Assembly: GCA_963665325.3 (NCBI GenBank)
Contig: CAXXWS020000003.1
Coordinates: 672,001 to 736,000, forward strand
Reading direction: 5' to 3'
Length of the DNA stretch: 64,000 bases
From: Alphaproteobacteria bacterium
Lineage (GTDB): Bacteria; Pseudomonadota; Alphaproteobacteria; Bin95
Both the position numbers and the translations under genes were made by a program. Every line of letters starts with the position of its first letter. Within the stretch, counting starts at the first letter, position 1. Of this stretch, positions 41,769-51,200 are shown one piece after another. Under the pieces are notes generated by a model. It did no database searches. It was not told the DNA's origin and saw only the letters and a list, made by a program, of their open reading frames with translations.

Positions 41769-43100
41769 TCAGCTAATGTTGCGCTCCACGAGCCTCGCCT
41801 TCATCTCGGTGCGCGGCAGCACGCCGCGCGGAACGAGTTCGACCCTGGCCTGCACGATCAGCTTCGCCCGCAGGGCCTGCTCGATACGCGCCGCAAGACC
41901 GTCGCTGTCGGCGGCACCCGCCTCCACCCTGACCCGAAGCGGTGGATCGACCTTCGGACCCGCGCCGTCCACCTGAATCAGCATCTCGCCGGTGACCTGC
42001 GGCCGGAAGCCCGCGACCACGTCCTTGACCGCCGACGGCCAGACATTGACGCCGCGCACGATCAGCATGTCGTCCGTCCGCCCGACGCATCGGAGCCGCG
42101 GCCCGGTGCGTCCGCACGGGCAGGGCCCGGTCTTCACGGTGACGCGGTCGCGTGTGCGGAAGCGCAGCATCGGATTGCACTCGCGGTCGATATGCGTGAA
42201 GACCAGCTCGCCCTCGATCTCGGGCCTGTCCGGCGGAATGACCGCGCCCGTGTCCGGATCGACGATCTCCATGATGAGGTAGTCGGGCACCAGGAAATGG
42301 CATCCGTCCCGCGCGTCGCACTCGGCGCTGTGGATGGTGATGAGGTCGGCAATGCCGACCGCCTCCGTGCACCTCGCGTTCCAGCTTTCCTCAATCTGCG
42401 CCCGTATCCCGGGCACGCCGCCGCCGGGTTCGGCCCCGACCATGACTCGCCTTATGCCGAGCTCTGCCGGATTGACCCCCATTTCCTCCCGCGCAAGCTC
42501 CGCGAGGTAGATGGCGTAGGACGGCGTCGTCGCGAGCACGTCGGCCTTCATGGCCCGAATAGATGCGATGAGGCGGTCGGATGCGCCGGTGCCGATGGGA
42601 AGCAGCGTGGCGCCGACGGCCTCGACGGCGGCGGCGACCGGCAGGCCGCCGACGAAGAACCCGATGCCGAGCCCCATCGCGAAGACGCTCTGCGGACGAA
42701 GCCCCTGCGCCCAGTAGCTGCGCGCGATGCACTCGACCCAGCGTCTTGCGTCATGGGCAGTCAGGCCGATGAAGGAGGGAGTCCCGGTCGTGCCCGAGGA
42801 AGCATGCACGCGCACGACATCCTCCATCGAGGCGGCCGCGTGGCTGCCGAGCGGCGGGTCGCGCCTCTGGCTCTCCCTGAGCTCGGTCTTTTCGGTGAAG
42901 GGCAGCCGGGCGAGGTCCGCAAGCGAGCGGATATCGCCGGGTTCCGCGCCCGCGTCGGCGAGCTTCGCGGCATGAAACGGCGAGTTCGCCTTCAGATAGT
43001 CGAGTTGCGCGCGAAGCTTCCGGTGCTGCATCGCGGCGGTCTCATCAGCCGACATTGTCTCGACCGCGGCGTTGAAATAGGCGCTCCCGGCCTGCCGCAT
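41769..43100 (-). CDS. Phenylacetate-CoA ligase-like acyl-CoA ligase (PaaK family)
   Basis: LPFTEK, HASSGTTG.P, GAEPG, GELVFT, RFRTRD, CPCGRT, GRTDDMLIVRGVNV. Confidence 0.9.
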   Translation of the reverse strand: MRQAGSAYFNAAVETMSADETAAMQHRKLRAQLDYLKANSPFHAAKLADAGAEPGDIRSLADLARLPFTEKTELRESQRRDPPLGSHAAASMEDVVRVHASSGTTGTPSFIGLTAHDARRWVECIARSYWAQGLRPQSVFAMGLGIGFFVGGLPVAAAVEAVGATLLPIGTGASDRLIASIRAMKADVLATTPSYAIYLAELAREEMGVNPAELGIRRVMVGAEPGGGVPGIRAQIEESWNARCTEAVGIADLITIHSAECDARDGCHFLVPDYLIMEIVDPDTGAVIPPDRPEIEGELVFTHIDRECNPMLRFRTRDRVTVKTGPCPCGRTGPRLRCVGRTDDMLIVRGVNVWPSAVKDVVAGFRPQVTGEMLIQVDGAGPKVDPPLRVRVEAGAADSDGLAARIEQALRAKLIVQARVELVPRGVLPRTEMKARLVERNIS

Positions 43101-43231
43101 CGCCCTGCTCCTGCCGAATAAGCCCCCTGGAGGATAGTCAACTCTTCCCGCGCCGGAAACGGCGCCCGCCCGGGCGTAGCGACCGGGCGGGCACGGCGAT
43201 ACAAATACCGGCGCGAGAAAGGGTCTGTTCC

Positions 43232-43699
43232 ATGTGGCAACGATATGGGTTCGGCATGCTCGGTGTGCTTGCGGCGTTGCTGATGGCGGTGCCGGCGGCT
43301 GTCGCGGGAGACATCGCGTTCGGGCGCGGGCAGGTGCGGATCGAGACGGCGGGGGGCGTGCGGCTCTTCCATGTAGAGTTTGCTGAGACGTCGGAGCAGC
43401 GCTCGCGCGGCCTCATGTACCGCCGGACACTGGCGCCGGACGCGGGCATGCTGTTCCTCTTCCCCGAGCGCGAGCGGCCGACCATGTGGATGGCCAATAC
43501 CTGGCTGCCGCTGGACATGCTGTTCCTGGCGACCGACGGGCGCATCGTGGACATCTTCCCCAACACCGTGCCGCGCTCGCGGCTCGTCATCTCTTCGCCC
43601 CATCCGGCGCGCATGGTGCTCGAACTCCGTGGCGGGACGGCGCGCCGCCTCGGGATCGCGCCCGGTGACCGGATCTCCTGGCGCCGGCTAGGCCGTTAG
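43232..43699 (+). CDS. DUF192 family exported protein
   Basis: Signal peptide; VE.AET..QR.RGLMYR, GMLF, MWMANT.LPLDMLF, VLELRGG. Confidence 0.92.
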   Translation: MWQRYGFGMLGVLAALLMAVPAAVAGDIAFGRGQVRIETAGGVRLFHVEFAETSEQRSRGLMYRRTLAPDAGMLFLFPERERPTMWMANTWLPLDMLFLATDGRIVDIFPNTVPRSRLVISSPHPARMVLELRGGTARRLGIAPGDRISWRRLGR

Positions 43700-43718
43700 C
43701 GCCGGTGGGGCGCCCCGG

Positions 43719-45140
43719 TCACGGGAAGAAGATCAGCGTCACCAGCAGGAAGATCGGCATCAGTATGCCGACCGACCATGCCATGTATCCGAAGAAGCTC
43801 GGCATGGCGATGCCGCGCTCCTCGCAGATCGCCCGCACCATGAAGTTCGGCGCATTGCCGATATAGGTGTTGGCGCCCATGAACACCGCGCCGGCCGAGA
43901 TCGCGAGCAGGGTGCCGTAGAGCGGCCCCATCAACTCCTGGGCGTCGCCGCCGGCGGTGTTGAAGAACACGAGGTAGGTCGGCGCATTGTCGAGGAAGCT
44001 CGACAGGATGCCGGTCAACCAGAAATACATCGCCTCGACCGGTTGGCCGTCCGCGCCCGTGACCAGCGAGACCACCGGCTCCAGCGCGCCCGAAGTGCCG
44101 GCCCTCAGGATGGCGATGGCCGGCACGATGGTGAGGAAGATGCCGGCGAAGAGCTTGCCGACCTCCAGGATCGGGAACCAGGAGAAGCCGTTGGCGTCGC
44201 GGTTGGCCCGGTCGGTGACGATCCAGGAAACCCAGGCGATGGCGAGCAGGGCCAGGTCGCGGAAGAGGTTCTGGAGCTCCACGGTTACATGGAAGACATC
44301 AAAAGAGACGCCCGGCCTCCACACTCCTGACATTAGCACCGCTGCGACGACGCCGGCGAGCAGCAGGAAGTTAACCGTGCCGGTCACGCCTAGCGCCTCG
44401 CCGTCGCCCTCGTCCTCCTCCGCCGGCCGGCCGGTCTCGCGCCGGTAGAGGAAGCTGTCTACGGCGTAATACAGCACCAGCAGGATGACGGAGACGATCA
44501 GCATCGGCACCAGCATGGCCCCGGTCGGCCAGAAGAAATCGACGCCTTTCAGGAACCCCAGGAACAGCGGCGGGTCGCCGAGCGGCGTCAGGGAGCCGCC
44601 GATATTCGCGACCAGGAAGATGAAGAACACCATGGTGTGGACTTTGTACCGCCGCCACTCATTGGCCCGGATGATCGGGCGGATGAGCAGCATCGCCGCG
44701 CCCGTGGTGCCCATCCAGCTCGCGAGCACCGTGCCCAGCAGCAGGATGCCGGTATTGACGACAGGCGTGCCGACCAGTCGGCCGGTGAGGCGGATGCCGC
44801 CGGCAACGGTGAAGAGCGACAAGAGCAGGATGATGAAAGGGATGTATTCGAGCAGCCCGACATGCAGCACCTCGAACAGCGCGAGCTCCCAGCCGAAGAC
44901 GGCGAGAAAGGGCAGCAGGAAGGCGAACGCCCAGAAGGCCGAGACCTTGCCGAAATGGTGGTGCCAGAAGGTGGGCGCGAGCAGCGGGAAGAGCGCGATC
45001 GACAAGAGGATGCCGACGAACGGCACGCACCATATGAGCCCGAGCTCGGCGCCGTCCAGATGCGGTGCGCCGGCGCCGGCCGCCAGAGCTGGCCCGGTGC
45101 CGAGCAGCAAGGCCGAAATGGATGCGGCGAGCACGCGCAT
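43719..45140 (-). CDS. Putative Na+/H+ antiporter (ion-transporter superfamily)
   Basis: Many TM helices; ANIGGSLTPLGDPPLFLG, SSFLDNAPTY, GANTYIGNAPNFM; GGAGG SD before ATG 45140. Confidence 0.88.
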   Translation of the reverse strand: MRVLAASISALLLGTGPALAAGAGAPHLDGAELGLIWCVPFVGILLSIALFPLLAPTFWHHHFGKVSAFWAFAFLLPFLAVFGWELALFEVLHVGLLEYIPFIILLLSLFTVAGGIRLTGRLVGTPVVNTGILLLGTVLASWMGTTGAAMLLIRPIIRANEWRRYKVHTMVFFIFLVANIGGSLTPLGDPPLFLGFLKGVDFFWPTGAMLVPMLIVSVILLVLYYAVDSFLYRRETGRPAEEDEGDGEALGVTGTVNFLLLAGVVAAVLMSGVWRPGVSFDVFHVTVELQNLFRDLALLAIAWVSWIVTDRANRDANGFSWFPILEVGKLFAGIFLTIVPAIAILRAGTSGALEPVVSLVTGADGQPVEAMYFWLTGILSSFLDNAPTYLVFFNTAGGDAQELMGPLYGTLLAISAGAVFMGANTYIGNAPNFMVRAICEERGIAMPSFFGYMAWSVGILMPIFLLVTLIFFP

Positions 45141-45307
45141 GGATCCCTCCCCGATAACCCCCCGAAGCAGCCGGGCCCGCCGGCGCGCAGGACGGGCCAA
45201 TATGCCCCAGCACCGCCGCGCGGCCAAGACGGCGGCATTTGCCGGGGACGGCGGGCGCGGTAGAGTGCGCCGGTTCCCATTCCGGCAAGCGGGGAGGCCG
45301 CCTTTTT

Positions 45308-45784
45308 ATGGAACTTACCGGCGAACGGCGCATCGAGGCCCCGCGCGAGACGGTCTGGCAGGCGCTCAATGACCCCGAAGTGCTGAAGGCCGCGATTCCC
45401 GGCTGCCAGGAGCTGGAAAAAACCGCCGACAACGCCTTCGCCGCAACGGTGCAGGCGAAAGTGGGTCCGGTGAAGGCGACTTTCGCGGGCGCGGTCGAGC
45501 TGACTGACATAGAGGCCCCGGAGAGCTATCGCATCTCCGGCGAGGGCACTGGCGGCGCGGCCGGCTTCGCGCGCGGCGGGGCATGGGTGCGGCTTGCCGA
45601 GGACGGCGATGCGACAGTGCTTACCTACGAGGCGGATGCGCAGGTCGGCGGCAAGCTCGCCCAGATCGGCTCGCGCCTCATCCAGGGCACGGCGCGCAAG
45701 CTGGCCGGCCAGTTCTTCGACCGCTTCGCCGAAGCCGTACAGCAGGACGGCGGTGAGGGCGATCGTTCCGCGAATGACGAATAA
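45308..45784 (+). CDS. coxG: CoxG / SRPBCC family protein
   Basis: [36 protein letters not shown]. Confidence 0.9.
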   Translation: MELTGERRIEAPRETVWQALNDPEVLKAAIPGCQELEKTADNAFAATVQAKVGPVKATFAGAVELTDIEAPESYRISGEGTGGAAGFARGGAWVRLAEDGDATVLTYEADAQVGGKLAQIGSRLIQGTARKLAGQFFDRFAEAVQQDGGEGDRSANDE

Positions 45785-45798
45785 GGGAGGCAGGAACG

Positions 45799-46104
45799 GT
45801 GAATCCGCAGCTGGCGTTGCCGAAACGGAGACTGGCTGCCTTCTGTCGGGCGAACGGCATAAAGCGGCTTTCTGTTTTCGGGTCCGCGCTCCGCGACGAT
45901 TTCGGGTCGGACAGCGACATAGATCTGCTGGTCGAATTCGATCCCGAATATGTCCCGGGCCTGCTTCGACTCGCGGGAATGGAATTGGAGCTGTCGGAGT
46001 TGTTCGACGGTCGCAAAATCGATCTGAGGACACCGAAAGACTTAAGCCGCTACTTTCGCCGGCAGGTGATGGACGAAGCCGAACTCCAATATGCACAAGA
46101 GTGA
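45799..46104 (+). CDS. Minimal nucleotidyltransferase (MNT/MntA) antitoxin
   Basis: [21 protein letters not shown] (GSx10DxD); GGAGG SD and GTG start. Confidence 0.9.
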   Translation: MNPQLALPKRRLAAFCRANGIKRLSVFGSALRDDFGSDSDIDLLVEFDPEYVPGLLRLAGMELELSELFDGRKIDLRTPKDLSRYFRRQVMDEAELQYAQE

Positions 46105-46339
46105 TGAGGTTCGGCTGCGGCACATGCTGGATGCAGCTAGTGAAGCCGCCGCGCGAATAAGCGAAACCGGGCGAACGCAACTACCGGATATCCCCTGGGC
46201 TGAAATAGTAGGAATGCGGAATCGCCTCATTCACGCCTATTGGGAGATAGACCTCGATATCGTCTGGAAGACGGCTGCCGATGAGATGCCCGTCCTCGTG
46301 GCAATGCTCGAACCATTGGTCCCGCCGGCAAGCGAATAA
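46091..46339 (+). CDS. HEPN/DUF86 (HepT) toxin, internally shortened; possible pseudogene
   Basis: [14 protein letters not shown] (Rx4HxY) is present, but the protein is only 82 aa and lacks the segment usually found between LDAAxEA and GEAA. Confidence 0.75.
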   Translation: MHKSDEVRLRHMLDAASEAAARISETGRTQLPDIPWAEIVGMRNRLIHAYWEIDLDIVWKTAADEMPVLVAMLEPLVPPASE

Positions 46340-46348
46340 CGCAACAGC

Positions 46349-47104
46349 GTGACAGCAACCATGTTTGACCCCGCCTCCGCCGTGCTGATCGCTGCTGTCT
46401 TTCTGCTTGCGGGCGCGGTGAAGGGCGTGGTCGGGCTGGGGCTGCCGACCGTGAGTCTCGGGCTCCTGACCGCCGCCTTCGACCTGACGACGGCCATGGC
46501 GCTGATGGTCGCGCCGTCCTTCGCCACGAATCTCCTGCAGGCGGTCGTGGGCGGCAACGGCCGGGCGCTCGTTCGCCGGCTCTGGCCGTTTCTCGCGGCC
46601 GCCGGCCTGACCGTCTGGATCGGCGTGGCCGCACTCGTCAGCGTCGATCTGGCGCTCCTCTCCGGCCTGCTCGGCCTGCTGCTCATAGCCTATGCGGCGC
46701 AGGGGCTTGCGGGGCTGGGCATCTCGATTCCAGCGCGTTGGCAGGCTTGGGCGGGGCCCGCCTTCGGCACCGTGAACGGCGTGCTTACCGGCATGACCGG
46801 CTCCTTCGTCGTGCCGGGCGTGCTCTACCTCCAGGCCATCGGCCTCGGGCGCGACGCGCTCGTGCAGGCCATGGGCATGCTGTTCACCGTCTCGACCCTG
46901 GCGCTCGCCGTCTCGCTTCAGCGACACGGCCTGCTCGACGGGCCGCTCGGCCTGGCGTCGGCCGCGGCGCTCGCGCCGGCCTTCCTCGGCATGTGGGCGG
47001 GCCTGCTGCTCAGACGGCGGCTCTCCGAGGCGCGCTTCCGGCGCGTCTTCTTCCTCGCCGTTCTGGCGCTCGGCCTCTACATCGTCGCGACAGCCGCCCT
47101 CTGA
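46349..47104 (+). CDS. TauE/SafE family sulfite exporter-like membrane protein
   Basis: AG.VKG.VG.G, about 8 TM helices, G..NG.L.GMTG....P. Confidence 0.88.
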   Translation: MTATMFDPASAVLIAAVFLLAGAVKGVVGLGLPTVSLGLLTAAFDLTTAMALMVAPSFATNLLQAVVGGNGRALVRRLWPFLAAAGLTVWIGVAALVSVDLALLSGLLGLLLIAYAAQGLAGLGISIPARWQAWAGPAFGTVNGVLTGMTGSFVVPGVLYLQAIGLGRDALVQAMGMLFTVSTLALAVSLQRHGLLDGPLGLASAAALAPAFLGMWAGLLLRRRLSEARFRRVFFLAVLALGLYIVATAAL

Positions 47105-47210
47105 CGGCCGTGCGGGGCGACGCGGGCCGTGACCGTGGGGAGAAAACCGCGCTAGACTGGCGCCATCGGGAACAAGACGGCGACCGGGACACCCCCGGCG
47201 AGGAGCAGCC

Positions 47211-48047
47211 ATGAACGCATTCGCAACCGCTCTGGCCGAAGCCCCCCACGGCCTCGACCTCGCATGGGACACAACCGACCCCCGGGAAGTCCGCCGCCAG
47301 ATCCGCACCGGCCAGTATCGCGGTCACACGGGCGCGCTCGCAAAGGGCTTTGTACAGGCTAATCTCGCGATCATGTCCTTGGATTACGCGGAAGATTTCC
47401 TGCGCTTCTGCCAGCGCAACCCCAAGCCCTGCCCACTGCTGGCCATGTCCGAGCCCGGCGACCCGCGCCTGCCGGAGCTGGCGGAGGACCTCGACATCCG
47501 GACCGACCTGCCGAGCTACCGGGTGTTCCGGGACGGCGAGTTCGACGGCGATGTCGTGAGCATCGAGGACCTCTGGCGGGACGATTTCGTGGTGTTTGCG
47601 CTCGGCTGTTCCTTCTCCTTTGAGGAACCGTTGGTGGACGCGGGCCTCAGGGTGCGCCACTGGGAGGACGGCAGCGTGTGCCCGATGTTTCTGACCGACA
47701 TCGACTGCGCGCCTGCCGGCCGCTTCCACAGCAAGCTGGTCGTGTCGATGCGCCCCTTCACTCCGGCCGGTGCGATCAAGGCCGTCCAGATCACCAGCCG
47801 CTATCCGCGCGTCCACGGCGCGCCGGTGCATCTCGGCATGCCGGAGCTTATCGGCATTGAGGATATCGGGCGCGCCTGGCAAGGAGACGACCCCGTTCTC
47901 GCCCCGGACGAGATGCCGGTCTTCTGGGCTTGCGGGGTGACACCGCAGGTCGCCGTGCGCTCGGCGCGCCCGCCGCTGGCGATTACCCACACGCCCGCCC
48001 ACATGCTGGTTACGGACGTGCGCAACGCCTCGCTTGCGGTGGGCTGA
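47211..48047 (+). CDS. DUF1445 putative hydro-lyase (D-glutamate cyclase-like)
   Basis: [48 protein letters not shown]. Confidence 0.9.
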   Translation: MNAFATALAEAPHGLDLAWDTTDPREVRRQIRTGQYRGHTGALAKGFVQANLAIMSLDYAEDFLRFCQRNPKPCPLLAMSEPGDPRLPELAEDLDIRTDLPSYRVFRDGEFDGDVVSIEDLWRDDFVVFALGCSFSFEEPLVDAGLRVRHWEDGSVCPMFLTDIDCAPAGRFHSKLVVSMRPFTPAGAIKAVQITSRYPRVHGAPVHLGMPELIGIEDIGRAWQGDDPVLAPDEMPVFWACGVTPQVAVRSARPPLAITHTPAHMLVTDVRNASLAVG

Positions 48048-48064
48048 ACGCTTCGGAGGGCCGC

Positions 48065-49237
48065 ATGCGCCCCAACGCCCTGCCGCCTTTCGACTTCGGC
48101 CTCGGCGAAGCCGTCGACCTGCTGCGCGCTTCGGTGGAAACCTTTGCGGCGGACGAGATTGCGCCCCGCGCCGACGCCATGGACCGGTCTAACGAGTTCC
48201 CGCGCGAGCTCTGGCCGGAAATGGGCGCGCTCGGCCTGCATGGCATCACCGTAGAGGAGGACTATGGCGGCGCGGAGATGGGCTATACAGCCCATGTGGT
48301 TGCGATGGAGGAGATCAGCCGCGCCTCCGGGGCGGTCGGCCTCTCCTACGGGGCGCATTCCAATCTCTGCGTCAACCAGATCCGCCGCAACGGCAGCGAG
48401 GCGCAGAAGCGCCGCTACCTGCCGAGACTGATCTCCGGCGAGCATGTGGGCGCGCTCTCGATGAGCGAGCCGGGCGCGGGCTCCGACGTGGTCGCCATGT
48501 CCTGCCGGGCCGAGAAGCGCGGCTCGCGCTATGTGCTGAACGGCACCAAGATGTGGTGCACCAACGGCCCGGATGCCGATGTGCTGGTCGTCTATGCCAA
48601 GACCGCGCCGGAGGCGGGCCCGCACGGCATCTCCGCCTTCCTGGTCGAGAGCGGCTTCCGGGGCTTCCGGCCGGGGCAGAAGCTCGACAAGCTCGGCATG
48701 CGCGGCTCCGGCACCAGCGAGCTCATCTTCGAGGACTGCGAGGTGCCGGAGGAAAACCTGCTCGGCCGCGAGAACGGGGGCGTGCGGGTGCTGATGAGCG
48801 GGCTGGACTACGAACGCCTGGTGCTCGCCGGCGGGCCGCTCGGCCTCATGCAGGCGGCGATGGACGAGGCGCTGCCCTATCTGCACGACCGCCGGCAGTT
48901 CGGCCAGCCGATCGGCTCCTTCCAGCTCATGCAGGGCAAGCTCGCCGACATGTATGTGACGATGAACGCCTGCCGCGCCTATGTGTACACGGTCGCCCAG
49001 GCTTGCGACCGGGGCGACACGACGCGCAAGGACGCGGCCGGCGCCATCCTCTACGCCGGGGAAAAGGCAACCTGGCTGGCGCTGGAGGCGATCCAGTGCC
49101 TCGGTGGCATGGGTTATGTCAATGAGAGCCCCGTCGGGCGGGTGCTCCGCGACGCCAAGCTCTACGAGATCGGCGCGGGCACCAGCGAAATCCGCCGCTG
49201 GCTCATCGGCCGCGAGCTCATGGAGGAGACGGGGTAA
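48065..49237 (+). CDS. ivd: Isovaleryl-CoA dehydrogenase
   Basis: [59 protein letters not shown]. Confidence 0.93.
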   Translation: MRPNALPPFDFGLGEAVDLLRASVETFAADEIAPRADAMDRSNEFPRELWPEMGALGLHGITVEEDYGGAEMGYTAHVVAMEEISRASGAVGLSYGAHSNLCVNQIRRNGSEAQKRRYLPRLISGEHVGALSMSEPGAGSDVVAMSCRAEKRGSRYVLNGTKMWCTNGPDADVLVVYAKTAPEAGPHGISAFLVESGFRGFRPGQKLDKLGMRGSGTSELIFEDCEVPEENLLGRENGGVRVLMSGLDYERLVLAGGPLGLMQAAMDEALPYLHDRRQFGQPIGSFQLMQGKLADMYVTMNACRAYVYTVAQACDRGDTTRKDAAGAILYAGEKATWLALEAIQCLGGMGYVNESPVGRVLRDAKLYEIGAGTSEIRRWLIGRELMEETG

Positions 49238-49277
49238 CCCGGAACGCCGCGCCGCTTGCGGGAAGGAGCCGCTGTCC

Positions 49278-50465
49278 ATGCCCTCGATCCCCTCCGCGCT
49301 CGACATCGCCAGGGACCTCGTGCGCATGGACACGCGCAACCCGCCCGGACGCGAGGTGGAATGCGCACACTATCTCGGCGACCTGCTCTCCGGCGCTGGT
49401 CTGGAGGTTTCCTACTACGAGTTTGCGTCCGAGCGGACGAGCCTCGTCGCGCGGCTGCGGGGAGAGGGTGGCGAGACGGACAGGGAAAAGCCGCTCTGCT
49501 TCGGTGGGCATATCGACGTGGTGCCCCTCGGCGCGAAGGAGTGGTCGGTCGATCCCTTCGGCGCTGAGATCGCGGACGGCAGGCTCTACGGCCGCGGCAC
49601 GACGGACATGAAGGCGGGCGTTGCCGCATTCGTTCATGTCGCGATGAAGCTCGCGGGCGAAGGGAGGCGCGGGACGGCGGACATCGTGCTGGCGATCTGC
49701 GCCGGCGAGGAGACCGGCTGCGAGGGCTCGTCCCATCTGGGCAGGACCGGCGCGCTCGGCGAGGCCGGGGCCATCGTCATCGCCGAGCCTACCGCGAACT
49801 ATCCGGTCCTCGGCCACAAGGGCGCGCTCTGGCTCGATGTGGAGGCGCAAGGCGTTACCGCCCACGGCTCGATGCCGGAGCGGGGGGTGAACGCCATCTA
49901 CAAGGCGGCGCGCGCGGTGACAAAGCTCGAAGACTTCGATTTCAACGTGAAGCCGCACGAGCTGCTCGGGTGCTCGACCCTCAATGTCGGCACCATGCAG
50001 GGTGGCCTCAACCTCAACTCGGTGCCCGACCGCGCCGGGTTCACCGTCGATATCAGGACTCTGCCGGAGCAGGACCATGCGGAGATCGTCTCCGGCCTGC
50101 AGGGCTATCTCGGCGAGGAGAGCCGGATCGCCCGCATCGTGGACGTGGGCGGCGTGCACACTCCGCACACTCATCCCTGGATGCGGGAGGTGTATGCGGC
50201 GATGCAATCGATCCTGGACGAGGAGATCGAGCCGCGCGGCGCGCCCTATTTCACCGATGCGTCGGCGCTGACGCCGGCCTGCGGGCATCCGCCGACCGTG
50301 ATCCTGGGGCCGGGCGAGATGCACATGGCCCACCAGACCGACGAATACTGCCCCGTAGCCCACATCCCGCAGGCCGTCGAAGCATATGAGGTCCTGGCGC
50401 GCCGATGGTGCGGGTATTCGGGCGAAGGCGTCTCGGGAGCCGGAAGGCCGGGCGGCAGACCATGA
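49278..50465 (+). CDS. M20 family metallopeptidase/deacylase (ArgE/DapE-like)
   Basis: GHIDVVP, GRGTTDMK, GEETG, AEPT, AHGS.P, FTDA, GPG...AHQTDE. Confidence 0.92.
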   Translation: MPSIPSALDIARDLVRMDTRNPPGREVECAHYLGDLLSGAGLEVSYYEFASERTSLVARLRGEGGETDREKPLCFGGHIDVVPLGAKEWSVDPFGAEIADGRLYGRGTTDMKAGVAAFVHVAMKLAGEGRRGTADIVLAICAGEETGCEGSSHLGRTGALGEAGAIVIAEPTANYPVLGHKGALWLDVEAQGVTAHGSMPERGVNAIYKAARAVTKLEDFDFNVKPHELLGCSTLNVGTMQGGLNLNSVPDRAGFTVDIRTLPEQDHAEIVSGLQGYLGEESRIARIVDVGGVHTPHTHPWMREVYAAMQSILDEEIEPRGAPYFTDASALTPACGHPPTVILGPGEMHMAHQTDEYCPVAHIPQAVEAYEVLARRWCGYSGEGVSGAGRPGGRP

Positions 50466-51166
50466 CCGCAGCGGAAGGCGAGGAGGACAGGTTCGCGATC
50501 CTGCGCCGCAGGATGCTTGAGGAGATTGCGCTCCATGCCCGCCATGTTAGCGGCAAGACCGGCCGCGCCGCGATCTCCGGCCCCGTCATGGAGGCGATCG
50601 GCCAGGTGCCCCGCCACACCTTCGTGCCGGTCGAGATGGCGCTCTACGCCTATCTCGATGCGCCGCTTCCCATCGGCTGTGGCAAGACCATCTCGCAGCC
50701 CTTCATCGTCGCCCTGATGACCGACCTGCTCGAAATCGGTCCCGACCACAGGGTGCTCGAAATCGGCACGGGGCTCGGCTACCAGGCGGCCGTGCTGGCA
50801 GAGCTTGCAGCAGAGGTGTTCACCGTAGAGGTGCTCGAGGACCTGGCGCAGAGCGCCCGCCGCCGGCTTGCCGACCGGGGCTATGCCAATGTGCGCTCCC
50901 GCATCGGCGACGGCAGCATGGGCTGGCCCGAGCATGCGCCCTTCGACCGCATTATTGCCACGGCGGCGCCCGACCTCATCCCGCCGGCTCTCCTTCAGCA
51001 GCTCAAGCCGGGAGGGCGGATGATGATCCCTGCGGGGCTGGAGGACGACCAGCGCCTGCTCCTGGTCACCAGGGACGCAGGCGGACGCATTGGAACCGAG
51101 GAGGTCCTGCCGGTGCGCTTCTCCCAAATGACGAGCGGCGGGGAGGCGGCGGACGCGCGAGGCTGA
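50462..51166 (+). CDS. pcm: Protein-L-isoaspartate O-methyltransferase
   Basis: VPRH.FV, TISQP, VLEIGTG.GYQAAVL, GDGS.GW...APFDRI, QLKPGG, PVRF. Confidence 0.93.
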   Translation: MTAAEGEEDRFAILRRRMLEEIALHARHVSGKTGRAAISGPVMEAIGQVPRHTFVPVEMALYAYLDAPLPIGCGKTISQPFIVALMTDLLEIGPDHRVLEIGTGLGYQAAVLAELAAEVFTVEVLEDLAQSARRRLADRGYANVRSRIGDGSMGWPEHAPFDRIIATAAPDLIPPALLQQLKPGGRMMIPAGLEDDQRLLLVTRDAGGRIGTEEVLPVRFSQMTSGGEAADARG

Positions 51167-51200
51167 ACCGCCGCGCCGGGCGGCGGACTGTCCGCGAGGG

